From Spirochaetia bacterium (lineage in GTDB: Bacteria; Spirochaetota; Spirochaetia; SZUA-6; Bin103), in NCBI GenBank assembly GCA_965198005.1, contig CBDAOI010000003.1:256001-320000 (forward strand): a DNA stretch of 64,000 bases. The letters are read 5' to 3'. A model generated the notes under the pieces. That model worked only from the letters and a program-made list of their open reading frames with translations. It did no database searches and was not told where the DNA came from. The first letter of the stretch is position 1. The number at the start of each line of letters is the position of its first letter. Below, piece by piece: positions 30,600-39,848 of the stretch. Both the position numbers and the translations under genes were made by a program.

Positions 30600-30639
30600 C
30601 CTTACAGCGGCGCAATTCTAGAATGATCCATGATTCGAT

Positions 30640-31977
30640 GTAACCATTTAGCCGGGGGTGGCTGACGTGAGGCAGGGAGGGGTTGTCGGGTGGCCGGCAA
30701 AGACGCTCCGCAGGGCTTCAATTACGTTGCCGCCGTTCTTCCGGACATGAACGCCAGCACCCCGCGCCAGCGGCTGGCCAGCCGTAGCACCAGGTTACGT
30801 GGTTTGCTCTGCTTCTTGCGTCCACGCTTCTTGCGGCTGCCGGGTGGCTCTGGCGGCGGCGGATTGGCGCGCAGCCCGGCGTTCATGATCCTGCGGTACT
30901 CGGCGGCAAACCGTTTGCGCAGTGGCCCGTACAGCCGCGTACGCCCCTCCTCGACCGCGCTTGCTACCGCTCCCTTGATCTCCAGCAGCAACTCGATCAG
31001 CTCTTGGGTCCACTCCTGCCCGTACTGCTCGTGTATGAAGATCAAATCGCGCAGATGATGCGCGTTGCACAGCCCATGGCGGCAGTCGTAGCGGAAGTAG
31101 CTTTGCCAGTGATCGTGCACCGCAGTCCCTGCAAACTCCGGCAAGATGCCGATCTCGGCAAATGCTTGCTGACCCCGCTTCGCGTGCGCCGCGTAGTAGG
31201 TCAGCAATTCCGTGCTCGCCACGTGTAGCCACTGCAGCTTGCCGTTGATACTCATCCCGGTCTCATCGAAGCCGACCACCGGCTGACCACTGATAGCAGC
31301 ACGGATGGTTTCGTTGATCCCCGCCACGCGCTGCCCGCAGAGGTCGTTGATGTTCACCAACGTCCCCACACTAATCGGAATCGAGAACAGATCCTCGAAC
31401 AGCTCCGCCGTTCTCTGATACGGCAGCGGGCCGTAATTCTTCAGATACGTCGCTATCGCTTGCAGCCGGCAGCCGTACTGCACCGGCTGCTCCCAGTCCA
31501 CTACCGGCTCGTCGGCCAGCGCTGCGCCACACCGACAGCGCTCCACACGGCGCACCGTGACCGCGTCCGCTTGCTCCACTTGACGTAGCGTCGCCCCAGG
31601 ATGCTCGGGCTGCCCTCCCGGACGCCTGTCCGTGCGCTCCCGGCGCTTCGATTTGCGCTTTTGCTGCTTACGTTCGAAGGTGTCCCGCGACGGTGGCTTG
31701 CCGCTGTCGTGACTGTCCTTCTTCAGCTCTTGGAGCTCCTGCTCCAGTGCCGCGATCCGTTGCGCCTGCCGCTCACCGGTTACCGTGAATTCTTGGATGA
31801 TCTTCCCGATCAACTCGACCACCGCTTCCCGGCCTCGAGCGTAGACCTCAAGTATCTGCTCACGCGTGAGCTTGAAGCCCGCGTCCATTCCCCCCCAGCC
31901 CTGCCGCCAATCTAGCATCCTGTTCCAAGCAAGTCTATCCTATTCCTCAAATTCCTTTCAGCGGGCTGAATAGTTAA
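30640..31977 (-). mobile_element. IS66-family insertion sequence remnant
   Basis: imperfect terminal IRs GTAACCATTTAGCC (30640) and GGGCTGAATAGTTAA (31963-31977) around a TnpC-like ORF; no target duplication seen. Confidence 0.75.
30722..31888 (-). pseudogene. IS66 transposase (TnpC), internal deletion and C-terminal truncation
   Basis: DSHDSGKPPSRD, GGQPEHPG, FDETG, WLHV, VHDHWQSY, LCNAHHLRDL; lacks the RQVFD zinc-finger segment and the C-terminal NN.AE motif. Confidence 0.85.
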
Positions 31978-32062
31978 GTAGTTTTTCTGATGACGGTGCC
32001 TATTGTGCTTTACAAATTCGGAGTGACCGGGTTCGCCGGGGTACCAAACGAGGAGGTTCATT

Positions 32063-32144
32063 CGACGCGGTGCGGGACCTGCTCGACCCGCGGCTGCGGG
32101 GTGGCAGCGGCCGCCTCGGTGCCGATGCCGCCAGGTCGGTTTGA
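32063..32144 (+). pseudogene. DppC-type permease C-terminal scrap
   Basis: DAVRDLLDPRLRGGSGRLGA. Confidence 0.7.
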
Positions 32145-32359
32145 AAGAGCGGCTCAAGGAACAAACAACAAGCCAGCCGGACATGCCTCATCCGGCTCCC
32201 AACCGTGATGCCGCGCAGGTGGACACGCCCCTGCGCAGGGCCGCCGCGCACCCCTCCCACCAAGTCAACGAGTCTGCGGTGCCCGATGATGCGCAGACAC
32301 TACGGGCTGGGTATGGGCGTGAGCTCACCGGTCAGCTCGAAGCGGCGCCTGGCATTAGA

Positions 32360-32702
32360 TCCGAGTCGCAATCTCGACGACGAGGTGAAGACCAGGTTGC
32401 GCGTGCGGGCGGCGAACAACGGCCGTTCCATGGAAGAGGAAGTGCGGTTGATTCTGCGCGAGGCCTCGGACAGGAAGCCTTCCCCGCAAAGGGCTTGGGC
32501 ACGGCCATCCACGAACTGTTCAAGCCCTTCGGTGGGGTTGAGTTGGAGTTGCCGCACCGCGAGGCGATGCGCGAGCTGCCCCGCTTCGATTGAGATGGCT
32601 CGTGATGGTGGTACTCGATACGAATGTGGTGTCCGAAATGATGCTCGATTCCCCACATCCGGAACAGGGATAGAAGTAATCGACCCGTGGGCGGAAGCAT
32701 GA
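32360..32702 (+). pseudogene. FitAB/VapBC toxin-antitoxin relic
   Basis: RNLDDEVKTRLRVRAANNGRSMEEEVR (frameshifted), then MVVLDTNVVSEM joined almost directly to TGIEVIDPW. Confidence 0.85.
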
Positions 32703-32859
32703 GGATCAGATGCTGGGATTGGACGTTCCCGTCTACGTGCAGTATGGACGCTGGATGGGAGATATTCTCCTGCGCGGCAGCTTTGGTGAATCACTGTTCG
32801 GTGGTTGGTCGATAGGGGAGAGGATAGCGGGGAGATTGCCCGTATCCATTCAGCTTGGC

Positions 32860-33220
32860 TGGGAATGATGGTCATGCTGTTCCCGGCAATCTGGTGGGGC
32901 TGGTCGCCGCCGGTGGAGCTGATCACGTTCAAGCAAGACCCGTTGGGGAATCTCGGGATGTTCTTCATCCCGGCGTTGATTCTGGGCACGGCCATGTCTG
33001 CCGCCACCATGCGGATGACGCGCACCAGACACGCCACCAAGAACGCGTTCATCCCGGTGCTTACCCTGATCGGTATGCCGCTCCCGCTCCTGATCGGTGG
33101 CTCGGTCATCCTGGAGGAAATATTCGTGCTGCCGGGGATAGGCCGTCTGTTTCTCGAGGCCCTCGATTTCAGAGACTACCCGGTAGTCTCTGCCATAAAC
33201 CTGATTCTCGCTACCGCGGC
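32860..33220 (+). pseudogene. DppB-type permease fragment with internal deletion
   Basis: AIWWGWSPP.ELI.F..DPLGNL matches 22933..23898; 26 codons missing between RMTRT and RHA. Confidence 0.85.
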
Positions 33221-35582
33221 AGTCAATATCCTGGTAGCGGGGGCAGCATTCGGCTTAAGCAGGTTTTCGCCCCTGCAACATCAGGACCTGCAGCATCAGG
33301 ATAACGGGCGAAGCAACAGGGGCCCCGATAGTCGAGACCCGGACCGACAACGGTATCCCGCATATGTTTATCACGTCATCTTGGTCGTGTACGGGTTGTC
33401 GGGATTCTGTGCGCTGGCTTACGAAGTGCTGTGGACGAGGGTGCTGGTGTTCTACGTGCACTCCACAACCTACGCCTTCACGATAATGTTATCCAGCTTC
33501 TTGTTGGGGATAGCTCTCGGCAGCCTTGTTTTCGGCAGACTTATAGACAAAGCGAAACAGCATCTGAGCTTCCTCGCGGTTATCGAAGTGCTGATCGGGG
33601 TGTTTGCCATCTTGTCGATTGGGAGTTCAGCAAGTTGAACGACCTGATGGTGAATTTCACCGACCGGCTACCGAGCTGGCAGATGTTCGTGCTGGCGAGG
33701 TATGTCGGTGCCTTTCTCATAATGTTCATCCCGACCTTGCTCATGGGCATTGCATTTCCCTTGGCCAGCAAGATATATAGCCAAAATCAAGAGAGCTTGG
33801 GCAGATACGTAGGGAACATCTACTCGGTAAACACCGTGGGCAGTGTCCTGGGGTCGAATCACCAATGGCATCATCCTCGTCGCGTCGCTCAACCTGATGC
33901 TGGGCATCGTGATACTGCTTTCCAACCCGTTCATGAGACGCACGGGAAAATTTGCCGCGCTCGCGAGTATCGCGGTCATTATCCCGGTTGCCGGCGTAGG
34001 GATTCCCGCAGATAGACCTTTGGGCCTTTACAGTCGTCCATTTCCGGATCTCCAAGAGGGTGGCAAGGTTCTTTTCTATGACGAAGGCATTGGAGCCACG
34101 GTCACGGTACATCAACTGCCGCCCGACCCGGTTGACAAGCAGGTCTACAAGCTGTTGGAGGTGGATGGAGTGAATGTGGCGGGCACGCTGCCGATGCTCC
34201 GTCTTACCCAGAAGCTCCAGGGACACTTGCCCGTGCTTCTGTACAAGGCCTCCACCGGGAAGGATCCCAGCAACGTTTTCCTGCTGGGGATGGGCACCGG
34301 AGCATCATCCTGCGCGGCCACGCGCCACAGAATCGACCGGCTGGATATCCTGGAGATCGTCTCTGCCGAAGTTGATGCACTCCCCTATTTCCGGGAGATA
34401 AATGGAGATCTGCTCAACGAGCCAAAGGTTCGCGTAAGAATAGATGATGCCAGGAATTATCTGCTGGCTACGCGGGCGGAATATGACGTCATCGAGAGCG
34501 ATACTATCCATCCGGAGCAAAACGCCAATCTGTTCTCCCGAGAATACTTCGAGCTCGCGAGAGATCGGCTGTCCGTGGATGGTGTGTTTTCCGTTTGGCT
34601 TCCCATGTATGGAATGTCGGAGGAAACCTTCAAGATTCTGATCAAGACGTTCTACTCGGCCTTCCCGCACGTGACAGTGTGGTACGCGAGTAGCCAGCCG
34701 ACTCGACATGCCCTGCTGGTAGGCTCAAAAAAGAAACTGAAGATCGATTTTGCGCTGCTACAGGAGGAGCTGGCTTACCCGCCAGTGAGGGAAAGCCTGG
34801 CAGAAGTGGGTCTGGATGGGGTATTCGCGGTTCTGGGCAGCTTCATCACCGATGAGAGTGGAATAGGCGGATACGTTGCCGATTCCCTGGTGAGTACGGA
34901 CAACCGCCCCTACCTGGCTTACTACAACCCGATCCAGAAGGGGCGATCTCCCCTGGCGGTCCCCCGAGTCTTGGAAATCTTCGCTGAGTTGAGCGTGCCT
35001 GTCTTGTCTTACGTGGTGAATATGGGAGAGGCGGAGACCGAGATCAGGACGACCCTGGAGAATCGTTCACGGGCGCGCGCGCACGTCATTCGGGCAATTG
35101 CCTATGATTACCAGCGTGACTTCACCAACTCGATCTCCGAGCTGGAGCAGGCCTGGGCGATAACCCCCGAAGACAACAATATCAAGAACTCACTCGAGCT
35201 TGCGCAAGCAAAGCAGCTTGCCGACGCTGAGAAACTTGCCCAGCCGTACGTGACTGACGGGGCAAGACTGCTCAAGGCCCGCAGGTTGGAAGAAGCCGGG
35301 GCTGTGTTCAGGTTCGTGCTGGAGTTCCACCCCGCGTCTGCGGTAGCACGCTATAGCCTGGCGACTATCCATTACGCCAGAGGGGAGCATGTTCAAGCAA
35401 CCGAGCAGTTGCTGAAGGTGCTTGAGCTGGACCCCGGCAATGCGGATGCACGCTATTCTCTGGCCCTGGTCCATGTCAAGCTGGGAGACTGTGCCACGTC
35501 GTGCTCATCGTGCTCGTCGCCAGCCGGTTCCGGTTGGGCGGCGGCCGGGTTCGGCTGCGCGGCCGGCACTGGGCGCCGCTAG
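33221..35582 (+). pseudogene. membrane-bound spermidine-synthase-like methyltransferase with C-terminal TPRs, 5'-truncated, two frameshifts
   Basis: SGFCALAYEVLWTR, PTLLMGIAFP, YSVNTVG, LGMGTG, IDDARNYL, YDVI, LFSREYF, TPR helices; frame changes near 33620 and 33855. Confidence 0.85.
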
Positions 35583-35773
35583 CTCTTGCCCTGTCTCTGG
35601 GTCGACGTCAGGCACGGTGCGACGACCCCGCCGGTGCTCGGCGATTCGTTGCGCACCAACCCGCGGCACACCGGGCTGCCGCAAGCTCGAAACCCAGCCG
35701 TTTTGGCGCATTCGGGTTCAGGACTAGCGGACCTGACAGGTCCGTTCAACCGCGAAGCGATACCATGGACGCC

Positions 35774-35826
35774 ATGAGCACCATTCTCCCGATCAACCTC
35801 GCCCACCTGCTCCAGGGCCGCGGCAT
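35774..35826 (+). pseudogene. N-terminal scrap resembling Schlafen/AlbA_2 ATP-binding proteins
   Basis: MSTILPINLAHLLQGRG after TACCAT-7 nt-ATG; recognised from memory only. Confidence 0.35.
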
Positions 35827-36177
35827 CTACGGAAGCACTGCCTCCATCACGCGCTGGATGACGGGAATGAGCACGGCGGCCGCTACGAGCACGGCCAGAA
35901 TCCACCGAGTTTGGACCGTGATCTCCTTGCCGAGCTCAGCGCAGACATCGCCGATCTGCTTCTGCAGATCCATGAACCCCACGTGCATTTTCTCGCGCAG
36001 CTCGTTGCGCAGCCGGTTCTCCGACTCGACCACGCGACGGATAAACCGCTCCTCAACCATCTCGATGAGATGGTCCTTCTGCTCCGCCTCGAACTGCAGC
36101 AGCAGATCGACGAGGGAGTCGCTGGCGTCATCGCCCAACTTCTCCCGGAGCGCCCGTGGTACGGATACCACTGCCAT
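35827..36177 (-). CDS. LA_3696/DUF1640-like coiled-coil protein with C-terminal TM anchor
   Basis: VPRALREKLGDDASDSL...EERF...QTRWILAVLV. Confidence 0.75.
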   Translation of the reverse strand: MAVVSVPRALREKLGDDASDSLVDLLLQFEAEQKDHLIEMVEERFIRRVVESENRLRNELREKMHVGFMDLQKQIGDVCAELGKEITVQTRWILAVLVAAAVLIPVIQRVMEAVLP

Positions 36178-36453
36178 CGTGTGCTGACCCTAATTCGCGC
36201 GGGAGGTGTGCGTCAAGGCGCCGACGGTGCAGACGGTGCAGAAGTTCTGCCCCTCGTGTATCACATGTATAACCATTGTTTCCCGCAAGTATCAAACGGC
36301 GTACTGGGTTCTCCTTGGCGGCGATCACCGCGCCCCTGACCCGACCCCTTGACCGCGCTCCCCGGCGGCGGAATACTCGCGGCAACGATTTCGTGCGCGC
36401 CTGCACCGGCACCCCCGGACGGGCGCCACTCCACGGTCGGGGGGAAGTACGGC

Positions 36454-37341
36454 ATGGCGGATCGCAGGATCGGATGGGTCGGAACCGGAGTGATGGGGCG
36501 TTCGATGTGCATGCACGTCCTGCGGGCCGGCTACGAGGTGGCCGTCTACACCCGCTCGCGTGACAAGGCGGCCGACCTGCTCGCGGCCGGCGCCACCTGG
36601 TGCGACGACGCCGGTGCGGTCGCCGCACGCTCCGACGTGGTGTTCGCGATCGTGGGCTACCCGAACGACGTGCAGCAGGTGTTCCTGGCGCCCGACGGCA
36701 TCGTGGCGCGGGCGGCGCCCGGCACGCTGCTGGTCGATATGACCACGTCCGAGCCGTCGCTGGCGCAGCGGATCGCGGCGGCCGCGGCCGCGCGCGACTG
36801 CGCGGCGCTGGACGCACCGGTCTCGGGCGGCGACGTGGGCGCCCGCGAGGGTACGCTCGCGGTCATGGTGGGCGGCGCGGAGCAGGCGTTCGCGCGCGCC
36901 AAACCGCTGTTCGACCTCATGGGGGGCAACATCGCCCACATGGGGCCGGCGGGGGCGGGCCAGCACACCAAGATGAGCAACCAGATCCTGATCGCCTCGA
37001 CCATGATCGGGGTGGTCGAATCGCTGCTCTACGGCCAGCGCGCGGGGTTGGACCAGGACGCGATCATCGACGTGATCGGCCAGGGCGCGGCGGCCTCCTG
37101 GTCGATCAACAACCTCGGGCGGCGCATCGTCAAGGGCAACTTCGACCCCGGATTCTTCATCAAGCACTTCATCAAGGACATGGGGATTGCGCTGGCCGAG
37201 GCGCGCGCGATGAACCTCGCCCTGCCCGGGCTCGCGCTCGCCAATCAGTTCTACATCGCGGCCGCCGCCGAGGGGCTGGAAAACCTGGGCACGCACGGGT
37301 TGTACAAGGTGTGCGCGCGCATGAACGGCCTCACCGTCTGA
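36454..37341 (+). CDS. NAD(P)-dependent beta-hydroxyacid dehydrogenase family oxidoreductase
   Basis: GWVGTGVMG, LDAPVSGG, GQHTKMSNQ, FIKDMGIAL. Confidence 0.93.
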   Translation: MADRRIGWVGTGVMGRSMCMHVLRAGYEVAVYTRSRDKAADLLAAGATWCDDAGAVAARSDVVFAIVGYPNDVQQVFLAPDGIVARAAPGTLLVDMTTSEPSLAQRIAAAAAARDCAALDAPVSGGDVGAREGTLAVMVGGAEQAFARAKPLFDLMGGNIAHMGPAGAGQHTKMSNQILIASTMIGVVESLLYGQRAGLDQDAIIDVIGQGAAASWSINNLGRRIVKGNFDPGFFIKHFIKDMGIALAEARAMNLALPGLALANQFYIAAAAEGLENLGTHGLYKVCARMNGLTV

Positions 37342-37359
37342 GCCGAGGTCCGGCGGCCC

Positions 37360-38460
37360 GTGGGCGACCCTGTGCGCGACGCTGAAGCTGACGGGCGGGT
37401 CGCCGAGAACGTATCGCTGGCCGCGCGCAACACGTTGCGGGTGGCGGCGACGGCGCGCTACCTGGTCGGTCTGGCCGGGGCCGAACCGGCCGCGGCCGCC
37501 GCACGACTGGCCGGGTTGCTGGAGCAGCCGCGCTTCCGCGATCTGCCGCGGGTGGTGCTGGGAGGCGGCAGCAACGTGCTGTTCGCCGGCAACTACCCGG
37601 GCCTGGTGATCGTGCCGGCGGCCACCGGGATCGAGGTGGAGGAGGAGAGCCGGGACCACGTCACCCTGGCGGTGGCGGCCGGGCACGACTGGCACGCGCT
37701 GGTGCGGTTCGCCGTGCAGCGCGGCTGGGGCGGCATCGAAAACCTCAGCCTGATTCCCGGCTCGGTGGGCGCCGCGCCGATTCAGAACATCGGCGCCTAC
37801 GGCGCGCAGCTCTCGGACGTGTTCGTGTCCCTGGACGCGGTTGCGCTGCCCCCCGGCGCGAGCCTCGGCGCGGGTCGCGGGTGGAGCACGCTGGATGCCG
37901 CCGCGTGCGAGTTCGGCTACCGGGACAGCGTGTTCAAACGCCGCCTGCGGGACCGCGCGCTGATCACGCGGGTGCGGCTGCGGTTGGACAAACGGCCGCG
38001 GCTGCGGCTCGAGTATCCCGGCGTGACCGACGAGCTGGCGGCGGCCGGCGCCGGCGACCGGCCGTCCGTGGCCGCGGTGAGCGCGGCGGTGATCCGCCTG
38101 CGGCGGCGCAAGCTGCCGGACCCGGAGCGGCTGCCGAACGCCGGTTCGTTCTTCAAGAACCCGGTGCTCTCGGCCGCGCAGCTCGCCGCCGTGCGGAGGC
38201 GGTGTCCGGAGGTGCGGGGGCGGCCGGCCGGCGGCGGCTACAAGGTGGCGGCCGCCCAGTTGATCGAGCGCTGCGGGCTGCGCGGGCGGCGCTTCGGCCG
38301 GGCCGGGGTGGCGGACCGGCACGCGCTGGTGCTGGTCAACCACGGCGGCGCCACCGGCGCCGAGCTGCTCGCCGCCGCACGGGCGGTGGCGGACGCCGTG
38401 GCCGACCGCTTCGGCGTACGGCTGGAACCGGAGGTGCGCGTGATCGACGGCGAGGCCTGA
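37360..38460 (+). CDS. murB: UDP-N-acetylmuramate dehydrogenase
   Basis: GGGSNVL, IPGSVGAAPIQNIGAYG, FGYRDS, NAGSFFKNP, HALVLVN, LEPEV. Confidence 0.97.
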   Translation: MGDPVRDAEADGRVAENVSLAARNTLRVAATARYLVGLAGAEPAAAAARLAGLLEQPRFRDLPRVVLGGGSNVLFAGNYPGLVIVPAATGIEVEEESRDHVTLAVAAGHDWHALVRFAVQRGWGGIENLSLIPGSVGAAPIQNIGAYGAQLSDVFVSLDAVALPPGASLGAGRGWSTLDAAACEFGYRDSVFKRRLRDRALITRVRLRLDKRPRLRLEYPGVTDELAAAGAGDRPSVAAVSAAVIRLRRRKLPDPERLPNAGSFFKNPVLSAAQLAAVRRRCPEVRGRPAGGGYKVAAAQLIERCGLRGRRFGRAGVADRHALVLVNHGGATGAELLAAARAVADAVADRFGVRLEPEVRVIDGEA

Positions 38461-38599
38461 TGGAGTTGCCGCCACTGGCGCGGTTTGGCCGCCACTTGCC
38501 GGCGGGCGCGGCGGTCGGCGACGTACCGGCCGCGGTCGAGCAGGCACTGCGCGCAACCTTCACGGACGCCGACAGAACCTCGACGCCGTTGAACCAAGT

Positions 38600-38890
38600 C
38601 GTCATAGCCATAGCCGATCGTGAGCGAGTCGGTCGGATCCTCGGTGTCCTGGAGGTGCCCCACCGTCACGGGGCCGGACCAGACCCGCGTCCGGCCGAAG
38701 GGAACCTCGAACGCGGGGCAGGTCGCGGGCAGGTTCATCGCGCGCACAAAAACGACTGGGAGGGCACCGTCTCGGGGTAGCCGTCATCGTCGATGAAGCT
38801 CACCTCCACCTTGACCCGCTTGCCCAGATCGGCCGCCGTCAGCCTGTAGGCGGGCAAGGTCGCGCGCGGGATGTCCGTCTCCGGTTCTGC
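38600..38890 (-). pseudogene. fragment of an Ig-like-repeat surface protein
   Basis: manual translation ETDIPRATLPAYRLTAADLGKRVKVEVSFIDDDGYPE, then a frameshift. Confidence 0.55.
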
Positions 38891-38952
38891 GGGATCTGCC
38901 GTGCCGGCGGTTCCAGGTCGACGAGCTCAGGTCATTCGTCTACGCGAAGGAC

Positions 38953-39543
38953 TTACGAAGGCAAGAGCGCGCCCATCACCCGCTGAAGCACCGGAATCAG
39001 CACCGCCGCGCCGACCAGCACCGTCAGTAGCCAACGAGTCTGGACGGCGATCTGCTGGTGAACGTCACTGATCCGCTTGTGAACGTCCCGAAGCTCCTTG
39101 CCGAACTCGGTGCTCATCACGCCGATCTGCGCGCTGAACTCCGTTCGCACCTTTTCGATTTCCTTGCCGAGATCGGCGATCTGCTCCTGCTGCCGGGAAA
39201 GCTGCTCCTGTTGCCGGGCAAACCCGGCGTTCATCTCCGTGCGCAGTCGGCCCTCGGAATCGCCTATCTCCTTGCGCAGTCGGCCCTCGGAATCGCCTAT
39301 CTCCTTGCGCAGCAGGCTCTCGGACTGGCCTATCTCCTTGCGCAGCAGGCTCTCGGACTCGGCCACGTGACGCAGGAATCGTTCCTCCAGGACGACGAAG
39401 AGATGCTCCTGTTGATCCTTTCGCTGTTGCTCCTGATCGTGTGTCTGATTCGCCTCGGCCTCCCGGAACATCTCTATCAGGGAATCGGTCGCGGCATCGC
39501 CCAGCCGCTCTTGCAGCGGACGCGGCACCAACAGCACTGCCAT
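38953..39543 (-). CDS. LA_3696/DUF1640-like coiled-coil protein with 11-aa tandem repeats
   Basis: paralog of 35827..36177; SE(SL/GR)LRKEIG repeats; QTRWLL followed by a TM tail. Confidence 0.8.
   Translation of the reverse strand: MAVLLVPRPLQERLGDAATDSLIEMFREAEANQTHDQEQQRKDQQEHLFVVLEERFLRHVAESESLLRKEIGQSESLLRKEIGDSEGRLRKEIGDSEGRLRTEMNAGFARQQEQLSRQQEQIADLGKEIEKVRTEFSAQIGVMSTEFGKELRDVHKRISDVHQQIAVQTRWLLTVLVGAAVLIPVLQRVMGALLPS
39241..39359. repeat. 33-bp coding tandem repeat, about 3.6 copies
   Basis: gcgcag...ctcgga...gcctatctcctt units starting at 39241, 39274, 39307 and 39340. Confidence 0.9.
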
Positions 39544-39848
39544 GCCGGCAACCTTCAGGCGATCACCCCCAGGTGTCAAGCTACTCCCACCGGGCGGTAG
39601 TGTCTCAGTTTGAAGTGCGCCGTGACGCCTGGGGCGATTCAGCGAGCACGCAGGCCGCAACGCGAGTGAACAATCGCTGTCTGCACACACGAGCTCCGGA
39701 TTGCTTCGGCGTCCCGTGTCTTCATACGAGACTCACGATTATCCTGTACGTAGCGTCGCAGTCATCTCACGTCACGCGGCGTGAGCGCACGGCTACTCGA
39801 CAGCCGCCCGGAAGGTGACGTAACGTGCTATCTGACCAGACCAACGGC

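Noticed and set aside
30632-31985. Active IS66 with target-site duplication
   Set aside because: Flanks (gattcgat / gtagtttt) do not match and the transposase is deleted and truncated.
39600-39830. T-box or attenuator upstream of pheS
   Set aside because: No T-box consensus, Phe-rich leader peptide or terminator recognised.
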